From the NCBI RefSeq assembly GCF_001949145.1, contig NW_019091357.1:2890859-2954858 (forward strand): a stretch of DNA of 64,000 bases, given 5' to 3'. The stretch comes from Acanthaster planci. Its lineage: Eukaryota. The notes under the pieces were generated by a model. That model worked only from the letters and a program-made list of their open reading frames with translations. It ran no database searches and was not told the DNA's origin. Below, one piece after another: positions 51,801 through 63,410 of the stretch. Every line of letters begins with the position of its first letter. The first letter of the stretch is position 1. The position numbers and the translations under genes are program-made.

Positions 51801-54206
51801 TTTCAACATGTCGAATTTACATGTATGCCTTGCGCCACCAATTTATGGCATAGCTGCGCAATTTGCTTACGTTCGATTTCACGAAAAGCTGCGTAGCTGC
51901 GCCACGTTTTGATGATATTAAACTTCTTGGACGAGGACAAAAACGGCTTTTACGACGGCTGTTCCTTTCCCATATAACATAAAACAGTATTTGAATCACC
52001 TCTGCCCGCCATTTTGAAAGGTTTTCGTCGTTTCTTCGTCAGAACCAGACAAAAAGTCTTGCAGTTTTCTCACAGCCAGACAAGTTTATTATTACCTTTC
52101 ACAACAAAGTTGTTTGTTTCTTGTATAATCCGTAGTAAGTTCAGCAATGATGACGCGTAACTTAAACCACCTAAAATGACTGCATAAGTTACGCCATAAT
52201 TTGTTGCGTAAGTCATGGACTTACGCAGTGCGTCAGGTCCGTGAAATCGGTCTCAATTTGTTGCATGAAATGTGGCTTAAGTGGAGTTACGCCATTGCGT
52301 AAAGTTTGGTGAAATTAGTCTGCTGGAGTATGCTGAGATTGTTTGCTTAATGCTACTGCCATCGGTGTTCACATGATCCGGACATCACAAGTCACGCTCA
52401 GGTAACTCATTAACTGGGGTGGCCTGCCTCTCCTGCATCTTTGCAGGCCGCAAGACGGGCAAAGGCTGCTTCATCTACGAGGGCAGCTCCAAAAATCGCG
52501 ACGTCAACGCCGGAGCCGAAGAGATCATGAAGAAGTACATGATCCCGAAGAAGGGCGCCGACTCCAAGGAGGACATCCAGCTCCGTCTGGCGTCAAGGTT
52601 CGTCAACGAGGCAGTCATGTGCTTACAGGAGGGCATCTTAATCTCCCCGGTAAGACTACGGCACCTTACTGCTGGGTGTTAAGAAAGTTGTCATTTTGGG
52701 AACTGGGTGTATAGAAGGTAAACTCTATTATTCTTATTGTTTTAATCTGAGACGTGTATTGAAATCAGTTAATTTTGTCAAGTTCTAATAGACTGTATTT
52801 GTATGTCGGCCATCTTGAATTTAAAGTGAGGTTAGCGTTTCATTTTGGAAACCTAAGAGTAAAAGTAACGGCAACGAAATAAAAGGTCCATACAAATTCA
52901 TACCAGTCTACATTGAGAATAATTAAAAATTTGTGATAAATTATATCTAAATGTTTGAAGCCACATTTATAAACTGAAAGTGAGGCTTGGCACCCAAAAT
53001 AGTCTGGCACCACCCCAATTAGCAGATAACATTGAATATGGTTGGTTCTGGGAACAAGATCAATAATGCATTCCCTGTGAAGAAGGTATTTTGCACCTGG
53101 AAAAAAGTATGCTGAATTACTTTCACGGTCTGCTTTTGTCGGTTTTATCCAGGTTGAGGGTGACATCGGTGCCGTCTTTGGTCTTGGTTTCCCACCATTC
53201 CATGGAGGTAAGATATGAGGCAGCGTAATGAGGGCCATTGCCTCGGTCATATACCAGTTGTGCCAACAATATCCAACACTGGCACAGCTGTTATAGGAAG
53301 AGCAAGCATGAATAGGCAAGATTTTAGCATCAGGGGCATTCAGTCACGTGTTTTGAAAGTTTAGGAGTCTGTTTTTCTGACCTGGGTGACGGTTCTTCGC
53401 AGTTCCACCAGTGGCGGTGATGATTTCCCTCAGCTGAATGGATGAAAAGGACTGACGTTGTGGTAAACAAAATGGCAAAATATCAGATCTAAAGCCTTTG
53501 AACACGTATTCTTTATACGTGTGGCTGGGGTCTCCGAAATCGGACAAAGGGAAATGGGCCTTGTAACAAAAGACCAATATTGGAGGCAATCCAGTCTTGT
53601 TTTGAAACAGTATACCACGGTTTGGGCCATTCAGCATGAGCGGATTACCACTGGGGACAAAAGCGCTCCACCGCAGCGATGAGCCACACAGTACCACTGC
53701 ATGCTAATCTGGCCCCTATTGAAAAGAGGTCAGCAGTGCACTGTCAGTTTCGTGAACAAAAGAAAATTACGTAACACCGCAAAATCTGGGCTGTTTTTAC
53801 AAGGCAGCAGGCCTAAAACTCTAGCGTCAACAGATGTTGCCTGTCAGATTAGAGTAAAAACCAGACAGTCCTTCGTGTGGGTGTAACTGTCCAGTAAATG
53901 AAGATATGAATTTGTAAAGAATTTTGAAAACAGAAAAAATGATAATTATCCTGTCCCAGCACGAAGTGGTTAAGAATACGCAACTGCGGTGCTGACCGCA
54001 CTAATGCTGTCGGCCTGGTTGAGCCTGTACGCATAATTTTGTTTTGGGGGATTACAGGTCCCTTCCGCTTTGTGGATCACTTTGGCGCCGACAAGCTGGT
54101 GGCTGCCATGGAGAGATACCAGGGGCTGTACGGGGCCGGGTTCGCCCCCTGCCAACTCCTGAAGGACCATGCCAAGGACCCCGCCAAGAAGTTCTACCCG
54201 GCGTAG
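27895..54206 (+). CDS. HADHA: Mitochondrial trifunctional enzyme subunit alpha (long-chain enoyl-CoA hydratase / 3-hydroxyacyl-CoA dehydrogenase), 767 aa, 21 coding exons
   Basis: Exons: 27895-27961, 39271-39324, 40380-40450, 41120-41253, 42107-42137, 42564-42671, 44078-44197, 44351-44453, 44990-45059, 45471-45523, 46701-46819, 47248-47367, 48034-48215, 48871-48906, 49116-49251, 49607-49693, 50500-50709, 51248-51443, 52447-52649, 53153-53207, 54058-54206 (TAG); 2304 nt. Motifs [46 protein letters not shown] (Rossmann), [34 protein letters not shown]. Exon 2 (transit-peptide region) is the least certain. Confidence 0.95.
28545..29418. mobile_element. MITE-like element with long degenerate terminal inverted repeats
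   Basis: TGAAAGTGTGCAAATT (28582-28597) is the exact reverse complement of AATTTGCACACTTTCA (29374-29389). Outer ends GGCCGGTTGAGCGC and GCGCTGAACAGGCC are also partly complementary. Confidence 0.55.
31932..32102. repeat. Inverted repeat with CCCTAA-type ends
   Basis: CCCTAACCTTCCCCAATCACACA pairs with TGTGTGAATGGGGAAGGTTAGGG (22/23); a TTAA precedes the left arm. Confidence 0.7.
32141..32146 (-). terminator. Candidate polyadenylation signal of the piggyBac-derived gene
   Basis: AATAAA on the minus strand, ~825 nt past the stop at 32970. Confidence 0.4.
32970..34976 (-). CDS. piggyBac transposase-derived protein (PGBD4-like), 668 aa, single coding exon, nested antisense in HADHA intron 1; probably domesticated and catalytically inactive
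   Basis: Uninterrupted ORF; first ATG at 34976 in context atcATGg (the ORF track extends to a GTG at 35009). piggyBac DDE_Tnp_1_7-type blocks: [53 protein letters not shown].....[30 protein letters not shown]-terminal finger CVQC..CVSC..HLC...CFLEFH. Confidence 0.9.
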   Translation of the reverse strand: MDSLTPVLVQGTDQIGDAAPDQDRDLPSGTATRTEAVESTGLATRSFAFPALDPGPSSSGLPSGSQFDYFYLDDIKQEQLDSDEFEQEEIDYEEDGEEGSGDFSEESDFSPTQSEEESSDSSFGEAPPAKRARKQQPLKKKQNSVSVANWLQGGASHSRDGRGWTRDLKNVPVHDFEGCLPYGPTMERPPDDSPLAYFVSFFPMSLFSQIARYTNIAGQSNPNFSKNTTPAEIKAWVGIRMIQGVHSNINNDDDWSTHPGLRNNLVASTMTRARFNIISEHLACTNPIKLAQKAQGQKDSLLAPVKLIWNTVNKACRANYNPRRELCLDEVLIKTNCRKPFFPQRQAELGSNIYAVCESRTGYLLRMMAHSESGHKRLEVPLQIMQPFLGRYHQLFCRTQYTSTTLAKDLLVNQTYLCGTVSLSSKGLPDDCYTRKNKSSIMKMMLKAPRGTTHTWQQGQMTMVVYRDVKVMPLLSTCHQGKRDPLKDFITRNVRKKGTSEVTSTSIPAPTQLIDFMKFKSGVEHSNQLRSYQSCNRHFRAWKKVFFLLIDVARVNAWICYKALTEGSLSMPLNHRMFTVNIATALIAGFAEGTPAYQADVPPVPAINGPNHVCIRMKVKNPKTCVQCRRTGRKTKNGNSIMTRTGCVSCNIHLCRGHCFLEFHSAAE
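46098..46179. repeat. 41-bp tandem duplication (HADHA intron)
   Basis: ACAAATAAGC..CCGACTGATGTGACTACTTGGG.CCCA twice. Confidence 0.75.
50765..50926. repeat. ~102-bp-period diverged duplication (HADHA intron)
   Basis: TGAGC.GATCTTT..ATTGT..CCCC.TTGGACAG.CGAAAA at 50765 and 50867. Confidence 0.6.
53557..53886 (+). repeat. Dispersed repeat, copy 2 (HADHA last intron)
   Basis: Collinear blocks shared with 4741-5094. Confidence 0.8.
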
Positions 54207-55141
54207 CCTCCCTGCAGTGGGGGGGGGATTGGGTCCCGCAGTGTAGCTTGTAGTACGGTGAAGCAGGCAGAGCCGAGGGACATTCTGCATGATAACCTTT
54301 ATTTATAAAAAAAAATGACTGTCCAGCTTGTTTTGTTTTTGAGATGTTTTGCAGGAAGCAACCTGGGATCAAATCTGACATGTTCTTACTCGTCACATCA
54401 CAGTAATGGAATGTTCTTTTTACACCTGAAAGTATTGTGGTAACAGAGTGTGGGGAAAAAAGAAGGACCTTGAAATTTCATTTCTGATTTCTAGGCAAAA
54501 ACACACTTTCAAGACCACGATAGTGTTTCAGTGACATGTTTGAAAGACAGTCCCGAAAAATTAATTTCGTGCTCACGCAATTGATTTAAGCATCAGAGTT
54601 GACCACATGTAGTTGGTTTAATGAATGGAAACTTTCTAGGATGGACTGAGTTGCATTTTGCACATTGTGAGAAAGGTGCTGGAGTTACCCCCAGGCTATT
54701 TGTGGAGTTAGATTTGAAGTTCATAAATGTAAATGAAGGTTATGATGCATGCTGGGTAGAGAGACAGGTCCATCTAGGACTACAACTCTTCGCGGCTGAG
54801 GCTTATTTTTCAAGTTTAGGACTGTCCATTTCCGGAAGCTCATTCATGAAATGAGTCGATTGCACTCACATGAAGCAGAAAATATCGCTACAATTTCATA
54901 AAACTGGGAATCAACACTACTTGTCAGAATGCAAGTATCATAATGGGTCGTTAACTCTAACTCCCCAGAGTCTTATCTTTTACTAGGGACTGGATGAAAT
55001 CCATCAAAATCCAACACTTGCGGAAAAAAGTCCACCGCAGGCGGGATGGCTTTTGTCGATGGATACTGTTGCCTTGACAATATGCACTGAATGCTCCGCC
55101 AGTGTTTCAGGCCATGCCCATCATGATCCATCAACAATTGG

Positions 55142-55293
55142 TCACCTCAGTCCCTCTGGATCCCGAGTCCATTAAAATCCACTAAGTGGAAATGGATTCT
55201 GATGGATTTGGGATGGTCAGGGTTCACCTCAGGCCATCTGGAGCCCAAGTCCATTATAATCCACCAAGTAGGAACAGATTCTGATGGATTTGG
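55142..55293. repeat. ~82-bp diverged tandem duplication in the probable HADHA 3'UTR
   Basis: TCACCTCAG..CTGGA.CCC.AGTCCATTA.AATCCAC.AAGT..GATTCTGATGGATTTGG at 55142 and 55224. Confidence 0.75.
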
Positions 55294-56056
55294 AATTGGC
55301 TAATGACAGTCCCAACAATGTAAGGAAAAGATTTAGGCCTACACATATAGACACATGTAAATGTACATAGCCTACAGTCTACACGATGTGGAATCTTGGC
55401 TCTATTCCAGTAAGTCTCACACTTTAGATGGCAGGGTTGTCTCCTTTGTCAAGCAATGCAATTTAAAACATTTACTTTTATTTGAAGGGGAAGAAATAGA
55501 TATTGGAAAAGTATTCACCTTTTCAAACAGAAAAAAAAAAATCATTTTGGCGTAGGATTTGCAATTTTTTCCAATTTTGTTGTATTAGCTGTACAGAGTC
55601 GGAATATTTCACATTGCAGACACACGGTGGGGTTTATGTGGAAAAGAAACCTCATTGATAATTGAATTTGACTTTGAAAGTTGATAAAGCTCACAGAGAA
55701 ATTCGTTTCATTTTAGTGCAGTAGAGACACGTACCTTGTTAAAAAAAAAACAGCGTTTCACCGTTGAAAGAATTGTTCTGAAATGTTGTCTGACTTTCAG
55801 GACGCAGTGTGTTTGAATTTGCTTTTCTTTATTCTGCAAGACATGTTAAATGGTTCGTGTAGTAAATGATGCTCGAAAGGATCAACTGTGGGTGTCCGGG
55901 TAACAAATTTCTGTAATGTCTTTTATAGTCCTTTTGGGAATAATGTTGCTCAGATTTGACAGGAATTTTATTTACTGTGTTTACATACTGTGAGAGAAAA
56001 AAAAAATGAGTTTCAGACTAAATTTTGTGTTGGCAATTTTACATTGCTGATCAGAA

Positions 56057-56062
56057 AATAAA
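56057..56062 (+). terminator. Candidate HADHA polyadenylation signal
   Basis: AATAAA followed ~25 nt later by GT-rich GTGTGACGGTGTTTT. Confidence 0.5.
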
Positions 56063-56245
56063 CCTAGTGAATACTAAAACCTGAAAGTGTGACGGTGTTT
56101 TTAAAAATGAATTATTACAAGTTGAACTGAAACAACTAGTTTGTGTAAAATCCTACAATGGAAATACTCCACCTTTATGCAATCAGGACATCAAAATCCA
56201 AACTTCTAAATAGAAAATCTCCAACAAGATAAACAAGACTGCACT

Positions 56246-56256
56246 TTTATTTTATT
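56246..56256 (-). terminator. Candidate AGPAT5 polyadenylation signals
   Basis: Two overlapping AATAAA on the minus strand. Confidence 0.45.
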
Positions 56257-56838
56257 TTCCAGAAAACCCACCTTGGACACCCACACCTGCCAAGGCAACA
56301 ATTGACAAATCTAGACTGGTTTTACAGATCATTTAACAAGCATACAGAAAACCCAGTAAAGACAGATTTTTAAGAAGTGTTTGTACGAAATTTCAGTGCA
56401 AACTCCTGATTCCTCTGAACAGTATTAAAAAAATTGACAATACCACTGCTACACATACAGTAGACAGTTTCTCTTGAGGCTGGCAAAATGTTATCACTAG
56501 AATACTCTGTAAGTAGTAGTCCGGTTGACCCTGGTCTATTACACGAATATTCACTGCACACCCATTCCTGAACGATCAAATCAGATCTGTGGATGTGACC
56601 TAACTGCTATGTTCTAATTGACCTCTGACCCTTGACCCATATTGGGTTTCTGCTAAGAGTTCTGCCCAATCCAGCTCAGTTCCAAAGGTCTTTGTCACAC
56701 CTTACCCACAAAGTTGGCAGGAGGTTTTATGGGAGGACTTTGCACCATCACAGATGGTCAAAAGCCCAGCCTCCACCAAGGGCTTAACCCTAACCCCACC
56801 TCAGTCCGCCAAAATCCTCGGGGTGATTTTGGAAGATT

Positions 56839-56930
56839 TTGGAGGATTCAGCATGAATGCAGTGTTTGAGGTTGGGCAGTTGGAGGATTCAGCATGAATG
56901 CAGTTTTTGAGGTTGCGCAGTTGGAGGATT
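56839..56930. repeat. 41-bp tandem repeat (~2.2 copies) in the probable AGPAT5 3'UTR
   Basis: TTGGAGGATTCAGCATGAATGCAGT.TTTGAGGTTG.GCAG units start at 56839, 56880 and 56921 (partial). Confidence 0.8.
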
Positions 56931-57386
56931 TTGGAGGCTTGGGGATGTACCCTTATAAGAAGGCCCCAGTGGGTAAGAGTTAATCCCTGTGTTAAAAGAA
57001 GCAAAAAAGTGGAACCACTTCGTTGCACAGTAGATGATTTGGGAGGAGAGAGAACAGTTCTTGCCGGGAACAAAATGGCATTGGGAGTTAAATCATCTAC
57101 AATTAAAAAAAAAATGTTTGCAAATGTTGCAAACATGTTGCAAATTGCTGAGTTCAGCTTGGAGTAGAGTTTAGAAGGCATTTGTGGCATGTTCTGTCAA
57201 AACCAGGATTTATGGGTAGAGGTTGGATTGGGAATTTTCCAAAATTTGTTAACTACAGTCCATTTTCAACAATAACACCATCACTATGAAGAAAAAACTT
57301 CCATTCTCTAGACAATCTTGACAACCCATTTTCCACCAGAAAAGGTTGCGTTTTTTTGGACGGGCCTGAAAAATTCCGACTGCCGC

Positions 57387-60300
57387 TCAGGTGGTCAGCT
57401 TCATCCACGTGATTCCAGCCAACGACCCGAACAGCCAGATCTTCCAGTACAGCTGCCGGCCATAGCTGGTCCCCACCAGTGGGGCCAGCAGGGCACAGGA
57501 GAACGCCACGGCTGGCAGGGTGGACAGCAGTCCCAGGTGAGTGCTGCGACCTTCGCCCTCGAGGCGACCTCGCTTCTCAGTGTTGTTGGAGTAGAAATCT
57601 GACAGCATACTGAAATGATGGGGAACCAATATGAACGAGAAGATGAGAGATCTGAAGACCCAAGTTCAATCCCGGTCGAGTGACCATTCGAGAAGATAAA
57701 TATCTTGGAGTCAGTCCTCTTTTTCGGAACCACTACAATCTTACCCCTGAACCTGTGAATTCTCCATTTGGAATAACTTGGGAAAAAAAACTCGCTCAAA
57801 ACTGAGTACACTACTTGGAGCCAATGAGTAACCCTACTCAGGAGTTCACACTTCACAAATCATCTGTTCATTTTTGTCTGTTTTATCGTTGTGTCCATGC
57901 TGTTTATCATTTCACAAGTCAATTGACAACTGTTGGAAAAAAAACAAGAACATGAAGAACTGCTGCATGGTCCACCCCACAAGGACACTCATCCAGCCCG
58001 CCAAAATTGGTAATTTCAAGGACTTGGGAAAGTTTAGTTTTAATAGTGACCCTCTTTTGTTCACTGCTTACACTTTAGGATTTCATGTGGGACACCTTCA
58101 GTACAACGATGCGGTTTATACGCCAGTGTGGCTAAAATGGCGACTTCAAATCTTAATTTGCAGATTTCTACGTGATGCGTCTTAAACACCACGCCACTAA
58201 TATTCCAAAAATTACAGTATGTGAGGACCTTGACTCTAGACACATGATTTCAGATGCAGTTAAGGAATCGACATATCCCCCCCCCGCATGGAACCAGTGA
58301 ACCATCCAGTCAAAGCCAAAGAAGGTTCCAGTTCTACTATAGTGAACAAAAAGGTCTCTGGGTGCTGGGTCAAGACAGTAGTGTTTCAGTAGTGCACCCA
58401 GCTGTTGGTATGTTCATTGTGAGGCCACATTCCTTTGGGGGAGGAGTGCTGGGCCATGTCCATTGATGTAAAGCACAAAAGGTACAATGGACTGCTTTTA
58501 GCATCCCACTGATGGTCTGCCAGGAGGGTATATAAGGCCCATGTGACTACCACTGGGCGAGGCATTTCTACAGAACACTACGGCTGGGGACTCATCTCTG
58601 TAGCTGGTGTTAGCGGTCCTCGGCGGTTTGATTTGCTAAGGTGAAGCTTGATGTAGCCTGTTTTATGATGTTGTATAAGTTAGCGCCGTCCATCAGCGTT
58701 TTTCTTCTGTTTCATCGTGTAAGTTTGCTTCTTTGTTTCCTTATGTTTAATTCCTATGTTGTCGAGTGCCATGGAGACCCAGCCTGGTCAATCTCACCCC
58801 TTTCGGAGAATTAAGAAATAAAAAATCTTCATTTTTTAAAAATACTTTTTCCGGAGACCAAAATTAACTTGTGTCTGGTTGAGTTTGTGTTCTTAACTAA
58901 CGGGTGTGGCCCCCCCATAAAGGGGTTCCCGTTACACTACTCAGAGCTGACAAATCTTCAGACTGGGAACAATTATCCTTAACCATGGAGGAAGAACACA
59001 GAAGGAGTTCGAACTGCCTAGGCTATAACACCTGGCCAATTACCGATTTCTGGCATGTCTGGTATGTTCATAGCCAGGCGCAGTGAAGGCTTGCTAAGTA
59101 CCACATGTTTCACGACCATATCCCCCTTTGTACCCCATGATCATCGCTGCAATTTTTCACTGGTAATCTGCATCCTTAAAACGTTGTGTACTGCAGCATA
59201 GGTAGTTCAATATTCATGCCGTCGTTGGTGCTTGGTGTGATCTGGCATCAAATTTTATGTTGCGCAGTTGCTTTTATTAGGCTGTGTGCCCTTAGTGTTC
59301 ATGTGCAGTTGTTGCCCTTATCGAACGCTTTCTTCTGGACTTATTTTGGTAATAGATAGCCAAGTTGTTTGTGAGATTTTGTGCTTTATTTTAATCAATT
59401 TTATTGCGGTATTTACATAAAAAGGTATTTTATGAGATCTCGTGATCACTCCCTGTGATGCAACAGCGCATTTTGTTTTTCGTGAACTTAACTGTCCTGT
59501 AGTAGTCAACATGTTGTTGGCCAGTCTTAGCCAAATTCGTACAAAGACTTTGAAAACTGATGTTTTGGAGTGACAAAACGAAATTACAAACATTGCATGG
59601 AAAATGGAAAAGTGCATCAAAATCTTTTTAAAAATTATTCACAACGGCAAAAGTAAATCTGTTAGATATTTATTCTTTCTATTTCCCGATCACTGCGATA
59701 AGTTTTAGTTAATTGCAAAGAAAACATTACAAATATTCCTACAATATAACTGGCCCCTTTTGTCCGGCTAAGCTGCAGGCAATAATCAGGACGTTTTGGA
59801 ATGTTTACTATTGTTCGTCTGACCGGGCGGCGATGATCATCACGCCCTTTAATGCGCCAGGGTTGTAACTCTCTCTGTGTCCTGCCTCCATGCTTTGAAA
59901 CCAAGTTTAAAGGGGAGACTAACTTGTCCTTTTCCTCAAAGAGTTCATGCAGCCATCGATGGCAAGACTCTTCGTCCTCCGGAATCGTCTCCATGGGAAT
60001 ACGCCGGATGTGGACGTGGATACGAGGGCACCGTAACTGCAGGAATTCTGGCAACACAGAAGCAAAGATAAATATCAAAAACTCATGAACTACCTGGACA
60101 AATAATTAAAATATGTGGCCCCTCAGTCGTTGAACAACACAGGTATTAGGCCACCTCAAACGGTTTACTGGAAGAACGGTACAAAAATGTGTGAGGACAA
60201 GCTATATTTAGACCTTAATCACAAATTAACCAGGCCTGGTTTCGGTCCCTGTCGCCTCATAGCAGTTTCACCTGGCATTCCCGGAGCCGGTCGTCTCTCC

Positions 60301-63300
60301 ACCATTTCCAGGCTACTGCACTCTTCACCTGTGTTGGAGTACGCGATGGTGACGTCGTACACTGCGGCGGTGTGGCCCCGCAGTCCCTGAATGCACATGT
60401 TGACCGCCTTGATCCTCGGCGAGAGTACATGATTGGTGACGGCCAAACCTGTAGCATGTGGGCGTCAAGAAAATCCAATGTCGGAAGGTGTCTTGACATT
60501 TGTATAGATTGGAACATTTTACAATAGAAAGGACCTGATAACTCAAAAAACTTCCTGTGTTCCTACCAAAACACATACTCTTCCCACTGAAAATGTGAGC
60601 TGTTCCCACTGACAATTACCGGTTCTTGAGAAAAGCCAGTTTTACCTTTCTTTGTTGATACTTTCTGTCACTGAGAGCCCTCTTCCGTATGAGACCTTCC
60701 AAAGGTTTTCCGCTTACATACCCCCCCCCACAAAAAAATCCTAAAAGATTTTCCTACACTTGACCAGGACTCGGACGGCTCTGTTAACCCTCAACCCAAG
60801 AAGCATTTCACATGGAACTAATTCAAATTATTCAAGTCCAAAGGAGTTACCATTTTTGAAAGCAAATGCTTGACTGGCTCGGATGAGATCCCCGTTGAGT
60901 GGATTATAGCGAGTCCCCTCAGGAAAAACGATCAACCATGTCTGAAGACAAAATGGAGACAAATTATACAAATGGAGATGTTCAGAATGGACACTTATCG
61001 TCCACGGGAGCAAAAACAAGAGTTTCCATCCTTTAAACGGAAGGGAATCTTTCTACATTCACAGTGATGTTTTCATTTTAGTAACTGAGCATAATACTCA
61101 ATACCCAGAGTCTACTCTTTCCTGAAAATGTGACTTACTGGGATATCATTCTTGCGTAGGACATCCAGTCTCTTGCGAAATTGCTTCCGGTTCTTCTGAT
61201 CAAACTTCTTGTCCCGCTTGACATAAATACCGCCGTGCTGAAACATTCAACATCAGAAAAATAAACATGGAAAATGGGAGCAAAAACAACAGCAAACACA
61301 CTGGGAGTTTCACTGTCACAAATGTACAGTTGAAGGGTGCAACAATTCTGGAGTTCTCATCTCATGCAGGCCCCCAAAATGCAACTTCTCAAAATAAAAA
61401 TAACCCAGCCCCCCTTTCAAACTATGCAGTCTGTGATATCATGAAGACTGTTTACTAACAAGACCAAAAATCTTTGCAAATAACATTTAACTTCCCACTG
61501 GACGAAAAAAGTTTGTCTGCAGACTTTAAACGGATTAATCCTAACAGGGCCAAATCCTCTAATTTCAATACGATTTTACATACATCCTAGGGGTTAGGGT
61601 TAAGATGGAAAATGCATCAAGTCAGACCAGGGAGGCTTGTCACGTTGCTGTCCAGAGCCTAAACGTCAGGCCAGAGAAGTCTAAGTATATCTCGTTAAAG
61701 GACAGCTGCAAACAATTTGTTTTGATACAGACCTTCACAATGCACCTTTGGGTATCAGTTAACATTATTTTCAACTTTTGTTTTACCATTTAAAAGGGTA
61801 TTTTACTGCCCTTCCGGAGTTTATGCTGAGATTTGCATATTCATGAGCAAAATGGTGATGTCATCCCAGGAAGAAAGCCTAAATGCTACCTTGGTTTGTA
61901 CACAAAGAAGTCCTGCATTTTTGTAGATTTTGCCGGTCCAAAGTTTCTGTTCTTCACTCGTTTATTGTTGTTCATGTACACAGCAACAAGTAAACATCAA
62001 TATCTTTCTCAGAAATGCTGTATGTAAATTCTGAACTCACAATTCTAACAGAAAAACCTAGGCACCGTATTAGGTCTTCCCTGGCTGGCATCACAGCAAC
62101 AGCGCCATCAGTTGTCCCAGAAAGCATGGCTAAATTCAAGTCACAATCTTTCTCAAAGGCAAAAATGATATTATTAAGTGTTTAGAACAGGTGCTCTATT
62201 CAATGCACTAACCACATTAATATCAAATTGCAAAAAAAATTATAACATTCATTGCCGCCACACTTTGAGGCCTGACACTGGCCGAACATTCTAAAGCCTC
62301 AACCTTCTATCAGCAAACTGGTGTTAACTGGTCGCGAAGAGGCGCAGGGCAATGTACCTATGATTTCCTGCGTAGAGGAGGCTTTTGAAGGATTTAGGAC
62401 GGCTCTGGTGCACCCCTCGCATACTTACTTGACCGAATTCCCACCCATAGAGGGGCATGTACTTCAAGCCATCCTTCAGGACAAATCGCATGTTTCCCAG
62501 CATGCCTCCACGGATGGCTATCATGTCGGCGACCACCCAATCCATCGTCGTCTGGTGGTTGCACATGTAAATCACATTCTCTGACCGGTCCAGGGCTTCC
62601 ACATCGCCATACAGTACCACCTGAAATTTTAAAAGTTTCTTTTCCAGGTTTTTTAAATTATAGCATACAGGAGGTGGATATATATAATTTCAACTTTGGA
62701 GCACCGCATGGCTTGAACCCGAAGTCCATTTGCATAACAACCCCTTGGGGGTGGGGCAAGGGGGCTGTCCCCCCCTACAAAAAAAGAAAATTGAAACAAG
62801 AATTTTGTAATGACTTTTTAGGTCATGTTATTGCTTTCAAATGACTCACAGGTGACTTTAGGGAACATGGAACTCTTTCCAAGTGGTGTCTTTAATTTTC
62901 AGACATTGAAAGTGCCAACAATTTCTTCAGTAAAAGTAGTAGCAGAATCCCTTGGAGGTGGATTTGTTTATGGATTAAGAAAAATCATTTGGCAAATGGA
63001 CAATTGTTTCAGAAAACAGTCTCAATATCCCGTCCATTCGCCCCCCCCCCAGCCCGGCTCAAAAAGTCGAACCAACAACACGACACAATTGACCAAGCCA
63101 AGTTGAGTAGGCCTTCGCCTGCTAGCATAGCATAGTACATTGTATATTACTCGTGCCTATGTGGTATACATGGAGATTACACGATTTCACATACTTCCGT
63201 GCCTGTATAGTTTTCAAAGAAGAACTCAACCAGCCGTTGGTAGGTCCCCCAGAGACAATCGTCCACCGCCCGGTGCCAACGCTCAGGCAAGAGGCACGAC

Positions 63301-63410
63301 ACGACCTTCCACCCGCTGAACAGCACGAAGTACGGCGGCGCGGAGCCCATCATCATCACCGCCGGCGCCACGAACTTTAGCGAGTTCAGGTGAGCTATGA
63401 CACTCAACAT
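57387..63410 (-). CDS. AGPAT5: 1-acyl-sn-glycerol-3-phosphate acyltransferase epsilon (LPAAT-epsilon), 373 aa, 7 coding exons
   Basis: Exons 5'->3': 63410-63195, 62620-62429, 61237-61139, 60941-60851, 60448-60272, 60047-59924, 57609-57387 (TGA); 1122 nt. Motifs NHQTTMDW (NHX4D), RFVLKDGLKYMPLYG, HGGIYVKR, VFPEGTRYNP, AVYDVTIAY, WLHELFEEKD. N-terminus (GSAPPYF..QRLVEFFFENYTG) fits AGPAT5. An acceptor-like site at ~63424 suggests a further upstream 5'UTR exon. Confidence 0.93.

Noticed and set aside
56839..56930. CRISPR-like repeats
   Set aside because: Eukaryotic context, contiguous tandem units and no unique spacers.
17..63410. U12-type or GC-AG introns
   Set aside because: All reconstructed introns are GT-AG, and none has the GTATCCT donor.
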